DNA of 63,972 nt, counting the filler, from Octopus bimaculoides (Eukaryota): NCBI RefSeq assembly GCF_001194135.2. It is 8 parts of 8 records of this genome, joined end to end, with 100 filler letters (N's around TTAATTAATTAA, not from the genome) between each part and the next. Parts side by side here need not be neighbours in the genome. Positions count along the whole stretch, not along the records: positions 19,252 to 36,215 come from NC_069003.1; positions 36,316 to 43,527 come from NC_068986.1; 6 more parts are not named here. One strand, written 5' to 3'. The notes beneath the pieces are model-generated. The model searched no databases. It was not told where the DNA came from and saw only the letters and a program-made list of their open reading frames with translations. How positions within the stretch are numbered: the first letter of the stretch is position 1; each line of letters opens with the position of its first letter. This document shows positions 23,850-37,159 of this stretch, one piece after another. Made by a program: the position numbers and the translations under genes.

Positions 23850-24323
23850 ATTCTTAGTATTGTTATTTCTCAAGTAGTGCTCCACCAGTTTCGTTTGCAC
23901 CAGCTTCACAATAACATTTTTTTTGCTCTCCTCTTCCCATTATTTTTACAGTCTTATAACTCCTCTTTCACCACCATGACCACCACATCTTCTTATACTC
24001 CTCTCACCATCACTCTCTTTGTTCCCTCCACTATCATCATGGTCGCCTTTTAACTCTTTAGCATTCGGCTTACTGTCAAATGTAATGCTTATTTATTCTC
24101 GTTTCTTTGAATTAATCATGAATTATCTCATATTAAATGTGTATACTCTATACACCTTTGTTACTCTTTGATGTCAACTCCAACCTTCTGTATCTGCCTC
24201 AACTTAATCTGGAAGAGATTATTCTCCCCTATAAATAGTTCACCACCAGGAGCACATCATGGACGTACTGTTTGATTTAACCCTTTCCAGCAGCAATGAT
24301 TTCTTTTATATTTCTAATGCTAA

Positions 24324-24551
<228 letters not shown>

Positions 24552-24769
24552 TAAAAACCAGGAAAGAAAGAAAAACTAATTTAACTGCCTTCAATTCTTT
24601 GTAACTTTTTTCCAGTAGGAGAAAGAAAACTACAAAAGTGAAACTGCCTTGTGGTCCAAAAGAAAGCTATGATTTGAAACTGCTTTATGCTGCTTTGTGG
24701 TCATGTCTTGTTCTTGGGAAAAGCTTGAGGATTGGACCTGGCTCTCTGTCAGTTATAACAAGTGTTCCA

Positions 24770-25035
24770 GTTGACCCAGTCAACTAGAACAGCCTGCTCA
24801 TGAAATTAACATGCAAGTGGCTGAGTGCTCCACAGACATATATAGTTCTCTGGGAGATTCAGCATGACACAATGTGACAAGGCTGACCCTTTGAATTACA
24901 GGTGTACTACTCGTTTTTGCCAGCTGAGTGGACTGGAGCAACGAGAAATAAAGTGTCTTGCTTAAGGAATCGACACACCACCAGGAATTGACCTCGCAGC
25001 TTTGCAACTGTGAGTTGAATACCCTGGCCACTAAG
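24770..25035 (-). mobile_element. Diverged SINE C (eya intron); related pieces at about 4360-4610 (+), 9605-9860 (+), 12600-12705 (-) and 53366-53700 (-)
   Basis: Shared gccagctgagtggactggagcaac..aaataaagtgtcttgct core. Confidence 0.8.
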
Positions 25036-25349
25036 CAACAAGCCTTCTTAAGGAGCAGACCCCAAGGAACTACCATGTGTTGGAACCCCTAAGGCAGTTA
25101 GACATTGTCTACAACCTTGTTATGAGTAACTTGTGCCATGCTGTTTCTGTGGATCCTTCAGTGATGCTGAGAAGGGGATATACTGCATTGGCAGCAACTT
25201 GTCCCATGCCCAGGTTTGGATCCTATCAAACACTCCATACTGGACGAATAGACACTGTGCCTATGGATTGGACAACTAGGGTCCAGCCATGGTCCTTAAT
25301 GACAGACAGAGGCACAGTAAGCTTTTCCAGAACACCTTATCTTGTGTGC

Positions 25350-25600
25350 ATAAATTACTTCATCATCACTTTAATGTCCACTTTTCCATGCTTGCATGGA
25401 TTGGATAGAATTCGTTGAGGTGGATTTTTTTTATAGCCAGATACCTTTCCTGTCACCAACCCTCACCTCTTTCCAAATAAGGTAATATTTCCCCATTAGC
25501 CAGACATGTTCTTCACAGAAGATTCAAAATGGAAGACACCACTTGTATGCCAGTGACTTTCATTTGCAGCTGTGACACAGTGCACAAGTGTCAGATAAGA
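25350..25600 (-). mobile_element. Related RTE-type 3' end, different subfamily
   Basis: Shares the terminal catcatcactttaatgtccacttttccatgc...gcatgg but has a different internal UTR. Confidence 0.6.
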
Positions 25601-25627
25601 AGATGCAGTAATATGCGCACACACGCA

Positions 25628-25773
25628 CAGTTTCCATCTACCAAATCCACTCGTAAGCCTTTGGTCGGCCCACGACTATAGCAGAAGACACTAAAGTGCT
25701 GTGCAGTGGGATTGAACTGAGAACCATTTGGTTCAGAAGTAAACTTCTTACCACACAGCCATGCCTACGCCTG
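25628..25773 (-). mobile_element. SINE A head (eya intron)
   Basis: Reverse complement of the family A 5' region. Confidence 0.82.
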
Positions 25774-26234
25774 TAAATATTTAAATATTGTGTGTATATG
25801 TGTATATATACATACATATAAACATTAAGAAGGATATATATATACTTATGTATACACACATACACATATATACACATACACACACACAGAAACCCAGGGT
25901 GCATTTTAAAATCTCTTACCATGGCACAAATAAAATTTATTGTCACTCTACAAAGCTGAGGTGAGATAAGGGCCAGATTTAATATATAGGCCAATATAGA
26001 CAAGATATAAATCCAGGGGCCTCAGACAACAAAGGCCCTGTTAACTCGGAGATGCTTTTATAAAGCTTGGCATTAAAATTTTTAAAAACATATTTGCAGC
26101 AAGCAAATAAATGAATTTGTAGTTCTTTTTGTTTTTTACCTGTTTCAGTCATTAGACTGTGGCCATACTGGAGCACTGCCTTATTTGTTTAAATCTTTTT
26201 GAAATCCAATAGAATACATTTAAAAAACTATTGA

Positions 26235-26399
<165 letters not shown>

Positions 26400-26921
26400 T
26401 AAGAACCGCTTTTACTTATTCAATTAAGTCCCCTGCTTCCTGTGGAACCCCTTTGTTCCCTTTCAAGCAAAGATCACTGATGACTTTCCTTCACTGTTCT
26501 CATCAACCCCATTTTCTTGTCTGTGAATTCTTCAACCCAGTAGCAAGAAACGGATCAAGACGACAACTAGAGATGGAGACAGATGCAGGGGATAACCAAG
26601 ATGTCTTACTTGCCTCATCTTGCTCTCTGGACCCTGAGAGGTGCTAGCTACAACACCAGGTCAGATTAGAACTGGGGGGGGGGGCTGTAGTGGGTAAGAG
26701 GTGGTTCAACATGCCTCAAAACCTTGGAACTGCCAAACCAGATCAATGCTGCTGGATGCAGTTTAATCACATAACCCAAGCCATCCCATATCTGTCACCG
26801 CATCTACTTCACACATTATCACATATACCTTTATATCATAAACCCACGATCTTGTGAGTGTGGATGCAACCCGCTAACCACTTACCATGCTCTTTCACAT
26901 ATCGTATTATATTAGCACATC

Positions 26922-27115
26922 AGGCAGAATGCTTAGCCACGTTTCATCCGTCCTGACGTTCTAAGTTCAAATCCTGCCGAAGTCAAATTTTCCTTTCATC
27001 CTTTCAGGGTTAGGAAATAATTACCAATTACACACTGAATCTGATGTAATTGACTAACCCCACCCATCCCATCCCAAATTTCGGGCCTTGTGCTTTTAGT
27101 AGAAAGGATTATTAT
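26922..27115 (+). mobile_element. Diverged SINE B (eya intron)
   Basis: Matches the family B core and tail. Confidence 0.75.
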
Positions 27116-28269
27116 ATGGTTTAGAAGCTTAGTAATAACAAGCTTATTAACATTGAAGTTTATTATTAATTAATAAATATTCGAGCAATAAAAATTAATT
27201 AGTAATAAATTTTCTTTGTAATTTGACTTATTGTTAAATACACTTGTTAGTGATTAACTTATAAGCAGTATACTTATTAGGATAAAAAGTATTAAGAAAT
27301 TTATAATTAATAAACTGTTAATAAATAACTAGTAATAATATTATTGGTAATAGATTGTAAAAACGCTTAATCAGTTGATAAGGTTTAATAATCTGCTTAC
27401 TACCGATAAAGTTCGTAATAAGCACCGCGATTAACTTTGCCTTTCATCTTTTCTGTGGGTGGGGTGGTTGTTAAAATAAAGTACTAAGCAAGGACTTGGT
27501 TGTTAATATAGATAGACCAAACCCCATAGCCCTTGGGGGTATGGGTCAATGTAATCGACTTAATCCCTTTGTCTGTCCTTGTTTGTTCCCTCTATGTTTA
27601 GCGCCCCTGTGGGCAATAAAGACATAATAATAATAATAATTATTATTATTATTATTATTATTATTTTCATCATCATCATCATCACCAGTTGACTAGGTGT
27701 TTTGAGATGGAAGAAAAGATGTTTCTTTACTTTACAGACTTAGGCTTTTGGGTTAAGATAATTTTGTATGGAATTCAAGAATTAATGGGATCCAATGAAT
27801 GAACCAAGGTCCCAGATTGTGTAAGGCACAAGTAAGCTGTGTTGAGTGTTGTTGACCATGACCCAGACAGGGTGCAGCAAGGGGGGGAACTGGCTACTCC
27901 AGAGCTCTCAGTATGTGAAAAATGCCAGAGAGGAGTGGATTGAATAAAGCGATGTAATAATACTCTACTTAAATGCTACCAGCAGCCACCTTGTCTATCT
28001 ATTATGACGAGGATCTAATCACTTGTCACTGCAGGTTGACAATACTATCTGGCCTCTCTCATTGATGAACAATAAGTCATCTGTGTGTGTTGGTATGGAG
28101 TGAAATGGTTGTGTGCTATGGGGGTGGTTTTGTGATGTTATTATGTATGCCTTTGTGTGTGTGTGTGTGTGTGTGTTCATTCATTAGTTTTATGTTTGTT
28201 TTTGTTTTTTTTCCATGCTGGCATGAGTTAGGTGGATCCTTCTTTGAGGCAGTATTTTACAACCAGGAT

Positions 28270-28425
28270 GTTGGCTATGTGGAAAGAAGCTTCCTTCCCA
28301 ACCATGTGGTTCTGGGTTCAGTCTCACTGTGTTGCAACTTAGACAAGTGTCTCCTGTTACAACCATGGGCTCACCAAAGCCTTAAGTGGAGTTTGTAGAT
28401 AGAAAGTGGAAGAAGCCTGTCATAT
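28270..28425 (+). mobile_element. Diverged SINE A head (eya intron)
   Basis: ggctatgtgg...ggttcagtctcactg...gaagaagcctgtcatatat. Confidence 0.75.
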
Positions 28426-28486
28426 ATATATAAATAATGTATGTGTGTGTATATAAATATATCTCTATCTATTAATTTTCAAACTG

Positions 28487-28968
28487 TGGGCCTCACAGAG
28501 GCAATGACTAGTGACCAAGACCTTTGGCAATATGCTGTGCTTGAGAAAACCTGTCAAACCAAATGAAATCGTAGTCATGGCCGATGTTGGTGTCACAAAA
28601 CTGGCACATAAAAAGTACCTTTCAAGCATTGGGCCTTACAGAGGCATGGTAGCCATGACCCATGAAAAGCACCTTTCAAGTGTTGGGCCTCACAGAGACA
28701 ATGATGAATGACCAAGACCTTTGGTATTATGCCACGCTTGGGTAGATGACCCGTCAAGCCAAGTAAAATCACAGTCATGGCAGATACTGGTGTCACACAA
28801 ATGGCACCCATGCCGGTGGCACGTAAAAGCACGAGTGGTTGGCATTAAGAAGGGCATCCAGCCGTAGAAACCATGTCAAATCAGACTGGAGTCTGGTGCA
28901 GCCTTCCAGCTTGCAAGCCTTGGTCAAACCATCCAACTCATGGACAACACACATTAAATGATGATGAC
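28487..28968 (+). mobile_element. RTE 3' end with the ORF2 terminus duplicated in tandem (eya intron)
   Basis: gggcctcacagaggcaatga...gaccaagacctttgg (GLTEAMTSDQDLW) occurs at about 28489 and again at about 28686, followed by UTR and GAT tail. Confidence 0.75.
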
Positions 28969-28979
28969 CATGCATACAT

Positions 28980-29270
28980 AGGCATAGGTGTTGTTGTGGC
29001 TGTGTGGTTAGACGTTTGTTTCCCAACCACACACAGTCTGGTTTCAGTCCCGCTGTGTGGTAACTTAGACAAGTGTTTACCAAAACTTTGTGAGTGGGTC
29101 TGGTAGACAGAAACTGAAAGAAGCCTGTTGTATGCTTGTTTGTGTGTGTACGTGTGTCGCTGTCTCCTTGCCTTCACATTGTGTGATAATTGTAAACGAA
29201 TGTGACTGTCCTGCAAATGGTGTCCTTCATTTCCAATCTTCCATCGTAATGTATCTCATTACAGGGGAAT
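28980..29270 (+). mobile_element. SINE A-related copy with a different 3' half (eya intron)
   Basis: Family A head up to gaaactgaaagaagcc, then an unrelated body. Confidence 0.65.
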
Positions 29271-29282
29271 AGTAACCTTAAT

Positions 29283-29613
29283 CAGAACCGTTAGCACACC
29301 AGGCGAAATGCTTAGTAGTATTTCGTCTGCCACTACGGTCCGAGTTCAAATTCCACCGAGGTCAACCTTGCCTTTCATCCTTTCAGGGTCGACTAAATAA
29401 GTACCAGTTATGCACTGGGGTTGATATAATCTACTTAATCCGTTTGTCTGTCCTTGTTTGTCCCCTCTGTGTTTAGCCCCTTGTGAGTAGTAAAGAAATA
29501 AGAAACTGGTATGGGTTGGTGGCAGGAAGAGCATCCGGCTGTAGGAAATCCATCTCAAGAAAACTCTGTCTGACCCATGCAAGCATGGAAAAGTGGACAT
29601 TAACACATTGATG
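29283..29613 (+). mobile_element. SINE B (alternative tail) followed directly by an RTE-type 3' end, just upstream of an eya exon
   Basis: B core and gtttagcccc..aagaaataag tail, then ggaagagcatccggctgtag...gcatggaaaagtggac. Confidence 0.8.
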
Positions 29614-29696
29614 ATAAAGACAAAGATGATGGTTTAATTGTTTTATTGTTTTTCTTATTCACCACTCTTTTTTTTTTTTTTCTTTTATATTTCCAG

Positions 29697-29857
29697 TTCA
29701 TATAACTTTGCGACTGATGGTTTCCATGCAGCCACCACCAATGCAAATCTGTGTATAGCCACTGGTGTTCGCGGAGGAGTCGACTGGATGCGGAAGCTCG
29801 CCTTTCGGTACCGACGGATAAAGGAGATATACAATAGTTACAGAAATAATGTAGGAG
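29697..29857 (+). CDS. eya: Eyes absent, internal exon (161 bp, phase 2 to 1): [53 protein letters not shown]
   Basis: Long pyrimidine tract, ttccag acceptor, gttggt donor. Contains the EYA signature [17 protein letters not shown] (within ORF 29638..30051). Confidence 0.98.
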
Positions 29858-29984
29858 GTTGGTATTTGTCATTTTGGATCTGTTATGATTTTATTTTGAA
29901 GTTACTGATAGAAATGATAGTTAGACATTTAAGGATAAAAAAAAAGGGGAACAACATCAAGAACAAGGTATTTGGGGTTAGAAA

Positions 29985-30095
29985 TAAGCGGTATTTCACC
30001 TGTCTTTACATTCTGAGTTCAAATTCCGCTGAGGTCGATGTAATCGACTGACCCCCTCCTCCAAAATTTCAGGCCTTGTGCCTATAGTAGAAAGG

Positions 30096-30132
<37 letters not shown>
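29985..30132 (+). mobile_element. Internally deleted SINE B with ATT tail in the short eya intron
   Basis: gaggtcga jumps directly to tgtaatcgac. Confidence 0.8.
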
Positions 30133-30133
<1 letters not shown>

Positions 30134-30263
30134 GCTTACAATCTTTTGTTCTGATTTCAAATCCCATGGCCACAGTCCAATGACTACACACACACACACA
30201 TACACACTTTTACGTATTTGTTTTTGCACATTAATGCATCTTGTCATTTTTGTTGAATTCCAG

Positions 30264-30378
30264 GTTTATTAGGTCCGCAGAAACGGGAACAGTGGCTTCA
30301 ATTGAGGCAAGAAATTGAAAACATCACAGACAGTTGGCTAACAATGGCATTGAAATCTCTCAACATAATCAACACCAG
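30264..30378 (+). CDS. eya: Eyes absent, internal exon (115 bp, phase 1 to 2): (G)[37 protein letters not shown](R)
   Basis: Acceptor gaattccag and donor gtacgt. Matches the GLLGPxKRExWLQLRxEIExxTDSWL pattern and keeps frame with both neighbouring exons. Confidence 0.96.
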
Positions 30379-30409
30379 GTACGTATGCAATATATATGAT
30401 ATATATATA

Positions 30410-30620
30410 TGTGCCAGTGCTGCCTGACTGGCCCTCGTGCCAGTGGCATGTAAAAAGCACCCACTACACTCCCAGAATGGTTGGCATTAGGAAGGGCATC
30501 CAGCTGTAGAAACCTTGCCAGATCAGATTGGAGCCTAGTACAGCCTCCTGGCTTGCCAGTCATCATTCAAACCATCCAACCAATACCATATGGAAAAGTG
30601 AACATTAAATAATGATGATA
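30410..30620 (+). mobile_element. RTE 3' UTR fragment (eya intron)
   Basis: One UTR unit, then ggaagggcatccagctgtagaaac and the terminal segment. Confidence 0.85.
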
Positions 30621-31420
30621 TATGTATGTAAAAGTAATAATTTAAATGTAGAATGGAGGGACGTGAAATTGATGTAACACTTGTTTCTGTAAACAAACAA
30701 TTTATTCCATATCTTACAATGTTATGCAATACATGCCACAACATAAGGAATTAATCCCTTATATTTATATATATTAGATGTGTCCTCCATGTCACTGAAA
30801 ATATCTGGGTTGTCAGCTTTACATTTTGTGGGTCCTGAGGTTGCTTTTTAGGCCTGTTTCGGCATAAAATCTGTTGGTATAATGGGGCATCTACAAGCAG
30901 AGTTGGGATCCAATGGGACTTTTGCTTTCCTTGCAGCTGTCGTCTCTAAGTTGTCCTGGTGTATAAGTTGACCTACCAATTTTTATCTGAAAATATTTCA
31001 CATAAGCCAGAAAATATGGTATGTGCATACATAAGACAAGAAGGGTGCAATTTGAAAGAAATTCAGCTGCTATTTCTAACAGGTTGAAATGCCATGTAGA
31101 AGTTTTTCCTTTGTTGGCTCATGCATAGATACATACAGTAGTTTTTGGCACACAAATCAATGTAGTATTGAGGTGTAAACATTCAAACATTGTCACTATC
31201 TTTCCAAATCCTGCCACATTTCACATGGAATTTTTGGTCCTCCAAAGACGTTTTGGTGTATAGGTCAACCTACCCCCTTCTTTTTAACTGAAGATCTGTT
31301 TGAAAAATTCAGCTGGTATGCTGGAAGATTTGGTATATGCGAATATTTGATAGATGGAGATTGTTCAAAAGCCTATCATATGACACACATTTATTTATTT
31401 ATTTTTTTAAATCTTTTCAG

Positions 31421-31542
31421 ATCTAACTGTGTAAATGTGTTAGTGACAACTACTCAGCTTGTGCCTGCATTAGCTAAAGTGTTGCTTTATGGTCTGGGAG
31501 GAGTTTTCTCAATTGAAAACATATACAGTGCAACAAAAATAG
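31421..31542 (+). CDS. eya: Eyes absent, internal exon (122 bp, phase 2 to 1): [40 protein letters not shown](G)
   Basis: Acceptor atcttttcag and donor gttggt. Contains HAD motif II (LVTTT) and the [11 protein letters not shown] signature (within ORF 31347..31550). Confidence 0.98.
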
Positions 31543-31684
31543 GTTGGTAAACTCATTTCTTTCCACCTCTCTCTCTCTCTCTCTTTCTATGTGCAGCATA
31601 CATGTTTGTTTTGTCTGTCTCTGTGTTCATAGCTATATTTGTTTGTTTGAATGTCATTCTCTCCTCTTTCTTCATATGTGTATA

Positions 31685-32031
31685 AGGCATATGCTGGTAC
31701 CGCATTAACGCATCCATGCTGGTGCTACATAAACACACCTGCTATGTAAGCGTACCTGTGCTGGTACTGCATAAACACACCTGTGCCATTGCGACATAAA
31801 TGCACCTATGTTGGTGCTACGAAAATAGACCCATGCCCGCGGTACATAAAAAGCACTCAGCTCACTCTGTAAAGTGGTTGGCACTAGGAAGGGCATCCAG
31901 CCATAGAAACCATGCCAAAGCGGACAATTGAAGTCTGGACAGCCCCCTGCTAGCCAGCTCCATGTCAAATTGTCCAACCCATGCCAGCATGGATAGTGGA
32001 CGCTAAACGATGATGATGATGATGATGATGT
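31685..32031 (+). mobile_element. RTE 3' UTR variant with ~25-bp tandem units and GAT tail
   Basis: Repeats of cacc(t/c)(g/a)tgctggt.c.acataaa precede the conserved terminus. Confidence 0.8.
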
Positions 32032-32035
32032 GTAT

Positions 32036-32275
32036 AAGGTGCTGAGCTGGCAGAATTGATTACGGGCCCCGCAAAATGCTTAGCAGCATTTCATCCATCT
32101 TTAATATTCTGAGTTCAAATTCCACCAATATAGAATTTACCTTTCATCCTTTCGGGGGTCAATGAAATTAGTACCAGGCCTTGTTCCTATAATAGAAAGG
32201 TTCATTATTATTATTATTATCATCATCATCATCATTATTATTATTATTGTCATTATTATTATTATTATCATTATT

Positions 32276-32310
<35 letters not shown>

Positions 32311-32339
32311 CATCATCATCATTATTATTATTATTATTG

Positions 32340-32373
<34 letters not shown>

Positions 32374-33385
32374 CATTATTATTATCATTATTATTATCNN
32401 NNNNNNNNNNNNNNNNNNNNNNNNNNNNNNNNNNNNNNNNNNNNNNNNNNNNNNNNNNNNNNNNNNNNNNNNNNNNNNNNNNNNNNNNNNNNNNNNNNNN
32501 NNNNNNNNNNNNNNNNNNNNNNNNNNNNNNNNNNNNNNNNNNNNNNNNNNNNNNNNNNNNNNNNNNNNNNNNNNNNNNNNNNNNNNNNNNNNNNNNNNNN
32601 NNNNNNNNNNNNNNNNNNNNNNNNNNNNNNNNNNNNNNNNNNNNNNNNNNNNNNNNNNNNNNNNNNNNNNNNNNNNNNNNNNNNNNNNNNNNNNNNNNNN
32701 NNNNNNNNNNNNNNNNNNNNNNNNNNNNNNNNNNNNNATTATTATCATTATTATTATCATTATTATTATCATTATTATTATCATTATTATTATCATTATT
32801 ATTATCATTATTATTATCATCATTATTGTCATCATTATTATTATCATTATTATTGTCATCATTATTGTCATCATTATTGTCATCATTATTATTATCATTA
32901 TTATTATCATTATCATTGTTGCCATTATTATTGAGGCAGCAAGCTGGCCGAATCATTAGCACGCCAAGCAAAATGCTTAGAATGTAAAGATGGACGAAAT
33001 GCCACTCAGTTCAAATGCTGCTGAGGTCAACTTTGCCTTTCATCCTTTCAGGGTCAATGGAATAAGTACCAGTTGATTACTGGGGTTGATGTAATCGACT
33101 TAACCCCTCCCCACAATATCTCCAGCCTTGTGCTAATAATGGAAAGGATTATTATCATTATTATTATTATTATTATTATTATTTGCACACCACCAGGCAA
33201 AATACTTATGGCTTTTCATCTGTCTTTACAGTCTGAGTTCAACTTCCACCAAGGTTGACTTTGCCTTTCATCTTTTCAGGGTCAATAAAATAAGTACCAG
33301 TTGAACACTGGGGGTCGATGTAATCAATTTACCCCCCCCCCCCAAAAAAAAATTTTTTTCAGGCCTTGTGCCTCTAGTGGAAAGT
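32036..33385 (+). mobile_element. Three SINE B copies separated by a greatly expanded ATT/ATC tract
   Basis: Heads at about 32036, 32934 and 33195. Trinucleotide tract at 32203-32928, partly N. Confidence 0.8.
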
Positions 33386-36215
33386 CTGCATGAGTTTGTA
33401 AAATGTTGGTTTGATTTTGCTCCAGGTTTCTTAACCTTTTAGCATTTAAACCGGCCATATCTGGCCCAAATATTCCTCCAGTTATATATCAAGTCATAAT
33501 ATTGACCATTTCGAACATAAATTAACTGGAACAGTGGATCTTGAAGCAGATAAAAGGGAGTCTGGTATACATGGGCGACTGCTGGTCATCCATAAACAAC
33601 TTTGACCGGATTTGTGCCTTGGAGAGGAACTTTCAAGGTGCAATCCCATGGTCATTCATGACCGAAGGGTCTCTTTACACTTGTTCTTAACTGAAATTTA
33701 ACTGTGGAGATCCAAGTTCAGATTCCTGCTTACGGTAACATGATATTACAGTTCTCCCCCCCCCNNNNNNNNNNNNNNNNNNNNNNNNNNNNNNNNNNNN
33801 NNNNNNNNNNNNNNNNNNNNNNNNNNNNNNNNNNNNNNNNNNNNNNNNNNNNNNNNNNNNNNNNCCACTCTTGTCCTTTTGTGCCCCCCCCCCACTATCA
33901 TTGCACTCCATTTTTCTTTTGTTTTCCTCTTTCTCATGATGAATTGGTTAGAGTACGTGTTATATATCATTTAATAACAACAGGGTTTATTTGATGGGAA
34001 GACCGAGCAGTAATCAGAGGAACTTGTATAGCATACTGCGTCCTATGAATAGAAACCACAAATATAATTCCTATTTTTATTAAATGATATTTATCTTTCA
34101 CTGGATTGAGTACTTTTTCATTGATCCAACCAACTAGCAAACAGTATACTATTGTGTATTTGATTATATATATATATATACATCCACATACATGGTGACC
34201 ATAGCACATATTCCAACATCTTCTACCCTTAGCAGTAAACTAATGTGAACAAAACTGTGTTGGATGATAAACTTATTATTATTATTATTAATTCTAATAC
34301 ATAAGCCAACGGAATCATTAGTGCAGCAGAACAAATTGCTTTGTACCAATTTTTCTTGTTACTTATGTTCTATGTTCAAATTCTGCCAATGTTAACTTGG
34401 CTTATCATTCTCTCGGGGAAGCNNNNNNNNNNGGGGGGGGGGAACAGTCGATAAGATAAAGTACCAGTGATGTTCTGGGGGTTGACGATGTAATCGACTT
34501 GTCTTCTCCCTTTGAATTGCTTACCCCGAGACAGAATTTCGGATGAATAATTATGCTTAAGTCAACTTTGCTTGGACTTAATGTACATTGAGTTTATTAA
34601 TGGACTCAGATCGTATGCATCCAACTTGCTAACAATAACATCAGGCAAAAACCCTAGGTAGCTAAATTTTTAAAATTCATCTTGTTGGTGGGGAAAAGAG
34701 GTGTATTGGGAGGGTTGATTAGATTTAGAAAGAAAAACAAGGAGAAATATAATGTACATATTGCTGTTTGTCTCTGTGTAGGATAGAGTTACAAAAAATG
34801 CTACTTCTGGTTGGTGTTGATGTGTGTATGTTGTGAACTGACAGTTGGCAAACAACAGCAGTTCTTTGTAATCTTGCATTACACTGACCTAATGAGAATG
34901 TGTGTGTGTGAGTGTATGTTATAAAGATAAATGAACTAAAAACACAAGAGACAAGATTTAACAAAGGTGTTATTAGCCTAATGCTTAGAAGGAAAGGGAA
35001 AGGATCCTTAATGTTTTGGACACTAGTACTTCATCAGAAAAAGAAGAAAAATGGCAAAAGAAAGAGATAACAATCACACAATTAAGTAAATGCATTTGTT
35101 TACAAACTAAAGGCAAAAGAACTCAATACAAAGAGTTTGAAATTTATATTTTGAAACTGACATATCACATCTCCAATCACCTGTCATTTTCTTCTGGTGA
35201 GGGCCACCTGGCTACACCTAACAGACCCATTGAAACTTGTTATTACATACATCATCATGGGTCTTTATTACATATGAATGTGCATAAGCCGTAGTGCTCC
35301 TAAAACAGCTATTAAGATGAGACCATTTATTTCTTCTTTATTCCATTCTCTGCATTTTATATGTAAATGTATGCATTAAACCTACCTTTGTTTATCTGCC
35401 CTTCTACCTATAGGTATGTATGTGAGTAGCTTTTACTAAGACGTGTTGATACCTTACGACTGATACAGTTGTTTCGAAAACATTCTAGTTATTTCTTCAA
35501 CGGTCAGAGTCTGGTCTTTGAAGAAATACCAGAAAGTATTGAAAAATTGCACAAGATTCTAAGGTATTTCTTGATTAGTAAAAAGAAATATTGACCAAGT
35601 GTCTTCAATATAAGTTCTGGGGTCGATTTGCTCGACTACAGGCGGTGCTCCAGCATGGCCACAGTCAAATGACTGAAACAAGTAAAAGAGTGATATTCTG
35701 TGTGCTTTTTCAAATTATATATACATACATGATAATCAATGAAAATTTTGTGGGGGGTTTTTTTCTCTCTCTAAGTTATAAGGCCACCCAGTTAAGGTAT
35801 ATATATAAACACATGCATATATGTATGTGATGTGTGTATATATTTAATCTCAATGATGAGACATATAATCTATATACATTTACAAACATTGTGTCCAGGG
35901 AAAATTTTGTTTTTTTCTTTATCTCTATCGCTCTTCTTCTCCTTTGCCACCCATGCATATACTTGGGGTAAGGGAGATTGCTTGTGGCTACTCTACCCTA
36001 TCATAGTGGTTCCTTCTGTTTTTTTTTGGGGGGGGGTTAACCCTAACTTCTCACATTACTTCAACCATTCTTCATCTCACTCCAATTCAACATTTCTTTC
36101 AACTCCACAACTCCTACATCAACTTCTGACCCGACCCGACCCGGCCCTGTTCACTCTTCCCCAACTCACCCTACATCTAATTCCAAGTTACTCTTTCCAG
36201 TGGGGGACAGTTTTC

Positions 36216-36315
36216 NNNNNNNNNNNNNNNNNNNNNNNNNNNNNNNNNNNNNNNNNNNNTTAATTAATTAANNNNNNNNNNNNNNNNNNNNNNNNNNNNN
36301 NNNNNNNNNNNNNNN
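36216..36315. other. Artificial scaffold-join spacer
   Basis: Same 100-bp pattern. Confidence 0.97.
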
Positions 36316-36655
36316 TAGAAATAAGGCATCAGTAGTGCTTTTACCTGGCACGAACCCAAACTGCATCTCATCTAAATTGATTCGCTCCCTAATTAGTTGG
36401 GCTATGACCCTCTCTGTAACTTTCATAACCTGATCTAATAGCTTGATGCCTCTGTAATTATTTGTATCTAAAGCGTCACCTTTACCTTTGTAGCAGTTGA
36501 CTATGATGCTGCTACACCAGTCATTGGGTATGACTCCTTCGTGTATCACCTGGTTCGTAATACGGGTGACTAGGCTATAGCCAACACTGCCAGATATTTT
36601 GAGCATCTCTGCAGTGATTCCTGATGGGCCGGGGGCTTTCCCGGTCTTTCATCAG
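36316..36655 (-). mobile_element. RTE-clade LINE ORF2 fragment (N-terminal part of RT)
   Basis: KAPGPSGITAEMLK...IPNDWCSSIIVNCYKGKGDALDTNNYRGIKLLDQVMKV...QFGFVPGKSTTDALF (ORF 36268..36606). Confidence 0.95.
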
Positions 36656-37159
36656 CATGATAATTGTCCAACCTTATCTCCAATAGCAGAAGAATCTAGA
36701 CTTATACAGAAAATAATAGAATGCATTTGAAGTGCAGGTAATTTGCATAATTTAGATGAAAATGAGCCAAGAGAAATAATTGGGTTGCCAGTATACCAGA
36801 CAAGAAAAATTTAGTGTAAACAGACTGTTACTCACAAAACAAACTTTTGCATTTTTTGTCAATTGGTCATAGTTGTCATTTATTGACAAAGTAATTAAAT
36901 CAAGTCAGCAATAAGTTATTGACTACCTTTCGTCATTTCAGTAAATAAATACACCCAGTTATTATTTACTTGTTATGTACTGTCGGACACATGAGTTTTT
37001 AGCAGTTATGATGAAATAGTAAAAAGGAGATTCATTCGTTTCTCTACTTTTACTTGTAAAACATTGTAAGCATTGTAAGCTGGGGTATACTGTCCTGAAG
37101 GGTTTTTAGCCAAACAAAATAACTGCAATATTTAGATCTGATATTTATTCTATTGATAC

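Noticed and set aside
25085-25345. ORF 25077..25418 as a host exon
   Set aside because: No splice support. Faint similarity to a LINE C-terminus suggests an old retroelement, too decayed to call.
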